Assembly: GCA_026387085.1 (NCBI GenBank)
Contig: JAPLMK010000065.1
Location: 1-51,120 of the forward strand
Reading direction: 5' to 3'
Length of the DNA stretch: 51,120 bases
Source of the DNA: Candidatus Omnitrophota bacterium
Lineage (GTDB): Bacteria > Ratteibacteria > UBA8468 > MWAK01
In this document: positions 44,735-51,120 of the stretch, piece by piece
Position numbering within the stretch: position 1 is the first letter of the stretch
Layout of the letters: the number at the start of each line of letters is the position of its first letter
Translations under genes and position numbers: made by a program
The notes under the pieces: model-generated
Database searches by the model: none
What the model was told of the DNA's origin: nothing
What the model saw: only the letters and a program-made list of their open reading frames with translations

Positions 44735-45799
44735 TTAAAGAGAGATTTCTTTACCGGTAGCCGCTGATTTATACACCCCTTCCAACATCCGGCTGACTGC
44801 TAGAACCTGGGCCGGGGTGGTGCTGGGCGGACGGTCTTCCCGGATGCAGGAAACAAAATCTTTTATCTCCGCGTCGTAAACATTAACTACCGGCAGAGAA
44901 GCAACCATATCGGTCAGGACCCCGCCTTTTTCTCCGAAAACCGTAAGTCCGGAAGTATCCTCCCGGGCACCTGCTTTTTCGCCGAAAAGATTATAGGTCA
45001 TTACTGTTTCCGAATTGCCGGCCCATGATGCTTCCAGAACCAGGGCGGCGCCGTTCTCAAAACGGATAAAAGCGGCCGCCAAATCCTCCACTTCAAAGAC
45101 GCCGTCGTATTTGTCGCCGGGATGCCGGGTTTCCAAAGAAGGCCAACCGCCGTCAGTGGCTACTTCCTTAAACTTTTGGAAGGTGACGCCGGTAACCGAT
45201 ATCGGCTTGGGCGCGCCCATCAGCCAGTAGGTTTTGTCCAGGATGTGGACGCCGATATCAATCAAGGGACCGCCACCGGATAATTTTTTGGTAGTAAACC
45301 AGCCGCCCAGACCGGGAATGCCCCGGCGCCTCAGGCAGTTTGCCCGGGCGTAATAGACCTGACCGAATTCACCTTCGGAGATTAATTTTTTCAGAAAGAT
45401 AGAGACCGCGGAAAAGCGGTGCGGAAAAGCGACCATGAACTTCCGCCCGGTTTGGGAGACCGCCTTTAAAATTTCCCCTGTTTCCGCGCTGTTCATGGAA
45501 ACCGGTTTTTCGCAAAGGACATCCCGGCCGCTTAAAAGGGCGGCTATCGCCTGTTCTTTGTGAAAATAATTGGGCGAACAGATACTGATGACGTTAATAT
45601 CTTTTTGTTCCAACACCTTCCGGTAGTCGTCGAAGTTCTTCGGGATGCCGAACTTTTTTGCCACGGCGCCGGCCTTGGCAAAATTCGGGTCACAAATTGC
45701 TGCCACCTCTACCCCCGGTACTTTTTGAAAACCAAGAATGTGGCCTGCCTGCGCGATGCCTCCGGCGCCGATTATTCCGACTCTCAGTTTTTTTGCCAT
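44735..45799 (-). CDS. Gfo/Idh/MocA-family NAD(P)-dependent oxidoreductase
   Basis: 354 aa. KLRVGIIGAGGIAQAGHILG, LCEKPV, and a typical C-terminal alpha/beta domain. Confidence 0.9.
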   Translation of the reverse strand: MAKKLRVGIIGAGGIAQAGHILGFQKVPGVEVAAICDPNFAKAGAVAKKFGIPKNFDDYRKVLEQKDINVISICSPNYFHKEQAIAALLSGRDVLCEKPVSMNSAETGEILKAVSQTGRKFMVAFPHRFSAVSIFLKKLISEGEFGQVYYARANCLRRRGIPGLGGWFTTKKLSGGGPLIDIGVHILDKTYWLMGAPKPISVTGVTFQKFKEVATDGGWPSLETRHPGDKYDGVFEVEDLAAAFIRFENGAALVLEASWAGNSETVMTYNLFGEKAGAREDTSGLTVFGEKGGVLTDMVASLPVVNVYDAEIKDFVSCIREDRPPSTTPAQVLAVSRMLEGVYKSAATGKEISL

Positions 45800-45822
45800 G
45801 CCCTTCTCTCCTTTGGTAAAAG

Positions 45823-46590
45823 TTAAGCGTTAAGACGTTTCAGGAGCACGATAGATTTAGGTATCATTAATTCTTCTTCTGCGGTACCTTCATACTCAAG
45901 CGAAAGGAAACCCTGGTATGAAACTTCACGGAAAATTCGGAATATCCGGTCATAATCCAGTTGTTTCTCGTTACCACGCTCATCAATATCATAGGTTTTG
46001 GCGTGGACAAAAACCGCCAGGGGGGCGGTTTTCCGGATGGAACCGTAAGGGTCTTCTGAAAAGTTACCGGTATCCAGAGTTAAACGGAACCATTCGCTGT
46101 CTACTGTTTTGACTAACCCCAGAATTTGTTCCGCCGAAGTCCCGCCGTGATTCTCCATTGCCAGAACGATGCCGTGGTTATCCCGGCAGTAATCCGCGCA
46201 CTCTTTTAAAGCAGCCGCGGTCTGTTTGAAGATAGCCGGGTCAGCTAATTCCTGGCCGCTTCCGGCAAAACAGCGCAGAACCGGCGCGCCCAGGTAGGCG
46301 GAGACGTCCGCCCACTTTTTTACCTTTGCCACTTCCTGCCGGAGCTTGGCATCATCCGGAGTGGTGAAGTGGTTGCTGGCGCTGACGGCCGCTATTGTAA
46401 GCCCTAAATCAATAATTTTTTTCTTCAACTTCCGAAGATATTCTTTCTCTACACTCGGGAAATGAATATCCAGCAGTTCCACTCCGTCCAGTTCCAATTC
46501 CCGGGCGCACTTTTCAATCCAGGATAACTGGTCCAACTTCCCGGCGGCAATCGTGCGGTGAAAAGAGTAAGAGCTACACGATATTTTCAT
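45823..46590 (-). CDS. sugar phosphate isomerase/epimerase (xylose-isomerase-like TIM barrel)
   Basis: 255 aa. DGVELL, LAMENHGG, LTLDTGNF, HAKTYD, SLEYEG: the metal-ligand pattern of the AP_endonuc_2 / xylose-isomerase-like fold. Confidence 0.85.
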   Translation of the reverse strand: MKISCSSYSFHRTIAAGKLDQLSWIEKCARELELDGVELLDIHFPSVEKEYLRKLKKKIIDLGLTIAAVSASNHFTTPDDAKLRQEVAKVKKWADVSAYLGAPVLRCFAGSGQELADPAIFKQTAAALKECADYCRDNHGIVLAMENHGGTSAEQILGLVKTVDSEWFRLTLDTGNFSEDPYGSIRKTAPLAVFVHAKTYDIDERGNEKQLDYDRIFRIFREVSYQGFLSLEYEGTAEEELMIPKSIVLLKRLNA

Positions 46591-46693
46591 TCTTCCTCCA
46601 AAGAGAAAAAATTAAGCAGTAACAAATTAAAGAAAGCAAAGTTCTTTTGCGCAGGTTTTTGGCGTAGGCGGAAGCTCGCTTTCTGAGCGTAGG

Positions 46694-46780
46694 CGGAGAG
46701 GGTGAGATTCGAACTCACGAGGCGATAAATCGCCTACCGGTTTTCGAGACCGGCCCCTTCAACCGCTCAGGCACCTCTCC
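46694..46780 (-). tRNA. tRNA-Ser (anticodon CGA)
   Basis: The reverse complement is GGAGAGGTGCCTGAGCGGTTGAAGGGGCCGGTCTCGAAAACCGGTAGGCGATTTATCGCCTCGTGAGTTCGAATCTCACCCTCTCCG. Anticodon arm CCGGT-CTCGAAA-ACCGG with a long variable arm. 87 nt; CCA is not encoded. Confidence 0.85.
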
Positions 46781-46788
46781 GTAATAGC

Positions 46789-46817
46789 TGTCATTCCCGC
46801 AGGTATTAAGCGGGAAT
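46789..46817. repeat. REP-like hairpin with TGTCATTC head
   Basis: TGTC-ATTCCCGC-aggtattaa-GCGGGAAT: 8-bp stem (46793-46800 / 46810-46817). It lies between the LolA-like gene stop and the tRNA-Ser 5' end. Confidence 0.5.
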
Positions 46818-46821
46818 CCAA

Positions 46822-47715
46822 TCATTTCAGTTTCGAACCGGTATCCGACACGGTCGTCGCCTGGAGTGTATCCGTAACGGTCGTCGCTTGAATCGTGTCA
46901 GTTGCGGTTGATTGCTTCTCTTTCTTTCCGGCCGCCGCTTTTACCGATGCGGTTACGTCCATTACCTGCGCACCTTCAGGTACCCGGAAAACAAACAGGG
47001 CTGAAGCAAGGCCTTGGTCGACCTTGATGTTCTTAAATTCCAAAGACATTCCCGGCACATTTTTCTGGGAGTAGAATTCAACCAGGTCCGGGAATAAAGT
47101 GTTTTTGTTAACCCAGACACCGATACTTTGAAAAGACATGTTTATCGGCAGGCTTACCCCCAAGCCGGCTACCGGACTATTTTGAATAAATTTTTTGCTG
47201 TCTTTAGTTTCCAGAAAATAGTAATCGTTTCCATTCCGCTTTTTTTCGCTCAGTTGGTAAGAGACTGCCGGAAGCGAGTAAAGAGGTTTTGAAAACGGCG
47301 CATTATTTGTCGTTCCCTCCAGGGCGGAGATGTCAATTTTGGTCACCATATTCATCATCGGCAGCATCTGCCACATGGTCTTGCCATCAAAGACAATCAG
47401 CACCTTGAGCGGTTCGTCCGGCGTGTCTGTCGGGGGCATCAGCTCCGGCGGCAACGCCATCTCTGCCCGGAAAAATTTACTCTTTTGCCAGATGGTGCCT
47501 TTTATCCGCATCATCTTGCCGAAAATTTGCATGCCAACAATCATGTCGCTCTGCAAGTCCTGAATATTGTTCCACTTCTGACCTATGTCGGTTGCCAGTT
47601 GTTCTGCGGTCATTGTCGGGTTGACGACGGCTTCCTGGCTGAAAGCCGGCTGGAAAAGCGCCAGGCAGAATAAACCCGTTAAAAATAATACTTTAATTTT
47701 CCATCGTTTAATCAT
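46822..47715 (-). CDS. LolA-like / outer-membrane lipoprotein-sorting-fold protein (putative)
   Basis: 297 aa. Signal peptide MIKRWKIKVLFLTGLFCLALFQPAFSQ; the body resembles LolA/RseB-like half-barrels (weak by-eye call). The C-terminus carries a 9-aa tandem repeat TDT(I/L)QATTV. Confidence 0.45.
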   Translation of the reverse strand: MIKRWKIKVLFLTGLFCLALFQPAFSQEAVVNPTMTAEQLATDIGQKWNNIQDLQSDMIVGMQIFGKMMRIKGTIWQKSKFFRAEMALPPELMPPTDTPDEPLKVLIVFDGKTMWQMLPMMNMVTKIDISALEGTTNNAPFSKPLYSLPAVSYQLSEKKRNGNDYYFLETKDSKKFIQNSPVAGLGVSLPINMSFQSIGVWVNKNTLFPDLVEFYSQKNVPGMSLEFKNIKVDQGLASALFVFRVPEGAQVMDVTASVKAAAGKKEKQSTATDTIQATTVTDTLQATTVSDTGSKLK

Positions 47716-47759
47716 TGATAAGCCTCCCCTCGATTCCTCTTTAGTTTCCTGTTTCGCAG

Positions 47760-47833
47760 TGCGCCCAAGAGGAATCGAACCTCCAGCCTTCAGGTCCGCA
47801 ACCTGACGCTCTATCCTATTGAGCTATGGGCGC
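47760..47833 (-). tRNA. tRNA-Arg (anticodon GCG)
   Basis: The reverse complement is GCGCCCATAGCTCAATAGGATAGAGCGTCAGGTTGCGGACCTGAAGGCTGGAGGTTCGATTCCTCTTGGGCGCA. Acceptor GCGCCCA/TGGGCGC; anticodon arm TCAGG-TTGCGGA-CCTGA. 74 nt; CCA is not encoded. Confidence 0.85.
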
Positions 47834-47856
47834 AAAAACGCGGTAATTGAACCTTC

Positions 47857-47865
47857 ATTATAGCA
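47857..47865 (-). promoter_or_regulatory. candidate extended -10 element for tRNA-Arg
   Basis: The minus strand reads TGCTATAAT, ending 23 nt upstream of the tRNA 5' end. No good -35 is present. Confidence 0.35.
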
Positions 47866-48122
47866 CAAAATTGATACCTTTAGAATTCCCCGCCTAAAAA
47901 ACCAGAGAGTAACGGGTATTGCTAAAAATAAAATGAAACGCTACAACACCAAAGAAATACGGAATAATGATATAATAATGTTTTATAGGGAATGATTAGT
48001 AGATGTGTTGTCATAAGTTACGAGCGAGCGGGCAGAAATATTTATTAATTAAATTTTCGCGATTCCGTATTTTTGTAGGTAAGGGCGAGATTATTTTTTA
48101 AGTAATCTCAAAGGAGCGCAAA

Positions 48123-50969
48123 ATGAAAAAAGGTCTATTTTTTGGAAGTTTGCTTTGCGCCGTAATGTTTCTCTTTTCCAATAGTTTGCGGGCGGAAAGT
48201 TTTACGCCCTCGCCCCTGTCCGGCGAAATAAAGATTGACGGCAAATTGGATGAGGCCTCCTGGAAAACAGCCCGGCCCAGCTCCCCGTTTATCTGGTTGC
48301 CCAGCGCGAACGAAACCAAAGCGCCGGCCAAGACCGAATTCCGCATGCTGGTCAGCCCGGATGCCATCTACCTTGGTATCTCCTGCGCTGAAAGAGAGAT
48401 GGGTAAACTCCTGGCTATAACCAAGTAACGCGATATGACAGATCTCTTTGCCGACGACTGCATCGAAATTTTCCTGGACCCGTCCGGGAAAGGGGTTACC
48501 TATTATCAGTTTGCGTTAAGCGCTACCAATGCCCAGTGGGATATGCGCTTTATTGAAAGCGGCAATACCGCCACAGCCAGTTACAGCGCCTTGTGGGATT
48601 CGGCCATTTACAAGGGCGTGGACTTCTGGACGGCCGAGGTCAGGATTCCCCTTTCCGTATTTTACTACACCGATTCCAAAGCATTTTCTGATACGTGGCT
48701 GGTGAACGTTGCCCGGGAAAGGAAGCCGGAATATGAGTTGACAACCTGGTCTCCCCTGCGGGGCGGGTTCCACGAACCGGACAAGTTTACCAAAGTAGCC
48801 GGCATGCCCCGGAAGGACCCGCGCTTTGACCTAAGGATTACCAACCTGCAGGTCTACATCACCAGCGCCGAAAAGAACTTCACCGGGAGTATGGAGGTTA
48901 ATACCTCATCCACCAAGTTAACTGCCGGGGAATACCTCTTTTCGCTGTACGACGCAGCCGGAACAGCCCTTGTCCCGAACCAGAAGGTAAAGGTTGCGGA
49001 AGGCGAAGGGACATTTACCATCGATAACCTTTCTTTTGTTGACACCGGCAAGCGGACAATCAAGGCAACCCTCGCTTCGGAAAAAGGCGAACTGATAAAC
49101 GGCATCTACTTCCCCTTAACCGTTAATTACAACCCGCTGGTAATCGATATCACCGAGCCCTTCTACGCCAACTGCATCTTCCCGGGACAGGAAGTAAAGA
49201 AGATTACCGGCTCCCTCACCCTTAACCTGCCGCTGGAGAAACTGCGGGGCGCGGACTTGACCATCTCCCTGGGCAACCAACCACCGGTTAAGAAGAAGGT
49301 GGCGGACCACGTTGTAAACTTCACCTTTGACGCGGCGTCCTTAGCTGACGGCGAATACCCCCTTACCTGCCAGATAACAACTGGCGGCAAGATGGTCGCC
49401 GAGCATACGGTCCTTATCCGGAAACTGGCCCCGGCACCGGGCAGCTGCGTCTATATCGATCAGAACTTACGCCTGATTGTTAACAGTAAGCCCATCTTTG
49501 CCCGGGGATGGTGCGGAGACGAGACCTGGATGGTCAGCGAAGAACTCCTGAAGACAACTCCTCACCCTGACAGCAAGTTTGTCAATGTCTGGTTTCGCCA
49601 GGTTAGCATGGAAGCCGAACGGATCGATACTTCCGAACAAGCAACCGGCCGGGTGACAAAAGATGTCGAGCCATCCGCCCTGGTTTTCAGCGAGATGCAA
49701 AAAAATATCGAAGCAAACAGAAACAACTCCAAGTTCCTGTGGTATTACTTGGCCGATGAGCCGGAATGCCGCGGGCTCTCCCCGGTCTACCTTAAATACC
49801 AGTATGATTTTATCAAAAAACTGGACCCGTACCATCCGGTGCTGATAATTTCGCGGTCCCCGGAACTCTATACCGGCTGCGCTGATATCTTAAGCCCGCA
49901 TCCATACCTCGACCCAATTGTAGATTCCTCCGGAAAAAGAAGCATGCGCAGCCCTAAAGAGGTCCGGAACCAGATGCGCATGGTCCTCTCTGCCGGGAAG
50001 GGCCGGATTCCGGCCTGGCATACCCCGCAGGCATTCAGTTACGGTTTTATAGATAAATACGCCGACTACCCCACTTTTGACGAATACAGTTGCATGGTTT
50101 ATACCGGCATCGTAAACGGGTGCACCGGCATAGTTACCTATTGCTATAATGACCATTTTGATTCAATCGACCTGCGGCTGGGATGTGATTTTGTTTACGA
50201 AACATTGGCCGGCATGGACGAGTTCCTCCTGAGTCCGGAAAAATCCCTGCTCTTAAAGGTAACTACGGTTGAGGATGGGGTGGATGTGATGATTAAGAAG
50301 GTTAACGGCAAGGTCCTGGTCATCGCGGTCAACCTGCTGGATAAGAAGACCACCGCCACGATTGAATGCGACGGCCTGAAAGGAATTGAAAAACTGTACG
50401 GCTACCGCGACAAAACCACCGCCGACATCCAGAACGGAAAGATAACGCTCAGTTTCAATCCTTACGAAACCCGGATTCTCTCCAACCCACTAATGGGCGC
50501 CGACCTCAAGACCGCCGAAAACCTGCGGAAAGAGATAGCCGTAGGCAAGGCCGCGCTCAAGAAACCGGGCAATATCCTTTACGGACGGGGCAAAGAAATT
50601 ATCTGGGACGCCTCCGACACCTACATCCCCAGCAAATCGCTCCACTCGCTTACCAACGGAATGTGTGATACCCTTGGTTGGCGGAACCACATGGCTCGGG
50701 TAACCCCGGTTCGGCTGGAAGCCGCCTTCCCCGCCTTCATCCCGAAGTTCAAGAAGATTAATATCTACACCGGCAATGTGGAGGAGTTGGAGTTCTACAT
50801 CTGGAAGTACGGCGAATGGCAGAAGAAGGGGGAGATTAAAGATAACCACGCTTCACTGGTTACGTTTACTTTTCCGGAGCAACTATCCACGGTGAAGATA
50901 AAGATACTGATGCCCAAATCACCGCCGGATAAGCGGGCGGAGATTTACGAAATTGAGATGTACGAATAA
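48123..50969 (+). pseudogene. secreted CBM9-like + glycosidase-like protein gene interrupted by a single in-frame TAA (48426-48428)
   Basis: ORF 48123..48428 holds a signal peptide and EIKIDGKLDEASWKTA. ORF 48435..50969 begins ...DLFADDCIEIFLDPSGKGVTYYQFALSATN. Both are in the same frame, separated only by AAG TAA CGC GAT ATG, and a single CBM9-like domain spans the stop. Downstream blocks are typical of TIM-barrel glycosidases (WYYLADEPE, LDPYHPV). Confidence 0.55.
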
Positions 50970-51002
50970 GTTCTGTTAGGTACTGTCAAAACAAAAGTAT
51001 TT

Positions 51003-51113
51003 TGTCATCCTGAGCCGTAATAGCGAAGGATCTTGTAATTAGTGGTGTGAGATCCTTCGGTTCCCTCAGAATGACAAAGTGCGTCAGATTCTTCGCTATC
51101 GCTCAGAATGACA
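51003..51113. repeat. three REP-like units with TGTCATYCTGAG heads
   Basis: Unit 1 (+, 51003-51034): TGTCATCCTGAGCCGTAATAGCGAAGGATCT. Unit 2 (reverse complement of ~51049-51077): TTGTCATTCTGAGGGAACCGAAGGATCTC. Unit 3 (reverse complement of 51084-51114): CTGTCATTCTGAGCGATAGCGAAGAATCTGAC. Units 1 and 2 are mutually inverted. Confidence 0.55.
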
Positions 51114-51120
51114 GAAAACA

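Noticed and set aside
44730-44743. Perfect palindrome TCTCTTTAAAGAGA between the convergent oxidoreductase genes, considered as a bidirectional terminator.
   Set aside because: It has no loop (an effective stem of only about 5 bp, AT-rich) and no flanking T/A runs, and it overlaps the stop codon of the minus-strand gene. That is too weak to call.
48426-48428. The in-frame TAA might indicate an alternative genetic code.
   Set aside because: TAA terminates several highly conserved genes in this same window at the expected protein ends (accC 4681-4683, efp 6752-6754, dnaA 25441-25443, secA 26975-26977).

Overview
This is a 51.1-kb chromosomal segment from a diderm bacterium, since BamA, Skp, LpxD and a fused LpxC-FabZ are present. 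It is roughly 50% GC by eye, and I cannot assign a taxon from the sequence alone.

(1) nt 1-1036: the 3' part of a tyrosine integrase runs into tRNA-Thr(UGU). This is the edge of an integrated element that would lie left of the window.

(2) nt 1-30.6 kb: dense, mostly minus-strand housekeeping genes. In order they are aroD, a DUF362/ferredoxin protein, a REP-associated tyrosine transposase (RAYT) bracketed by inverted REP hairpins, a PHP phosphoesterase, Asp23, accC-accB, efp, pheS, nadD and proA. Then come bamA-skp-lpxD-lpxC/fabZ (plus strand), an amidohydrolase, a lone DppB-type ABC permease and two aminotransferases. The block ends with a free-standing lipoyl domain plus lipA, accD, dapA, DUF721/DciA-like, dnaN, dnaA, secA, a TatD-family hydrolase and tRNA-Phe. 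The dnaA-dnaN spacer carries a perfect DnaA box, a TAG-type trinucleotide run and a 14% GC stretch, making it a candidate oriC.

(3) nt 30.8-46.6 kb: an accessory block. It starts with a GAF-GGDEF cyclase and a PocR-AraC regulator. An 8-gene plus-strand array follows: PIG-L deacetylase, CE4/DUF2334-like deacetylase, AraA-like isomerase, two GHL-type TIM-barrel proteins, a beta-propeller protein, an M24-fold protein that by eye lacks both Asp metal ligands, and an ASRT-family small protein. Three Gfo/Idh/MocA oxidoreductases and a xylose-isomerase-like TIM-barrel protein close the block. All products look cytoplasmic, and no transporter or kinase is present. This is my best candidate for an undescribed metabolic/sensory system, but that is inference from gene content only.

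(4) nt 46.7-51.1 kb: tRNA-Ser(CGA), a LolA-like protein, tRNA-Arg(GCG) and about 290 bp of AT-rich non-coding DNA. Then comes a secreted CBM9-like/glycosidase-like gene interrupted by one in-frame TAA, and a cluster of REP-like palindromes.

I saw no rRNA, CRISPR array, recognisable defence system or toxin-antitoxin pair.
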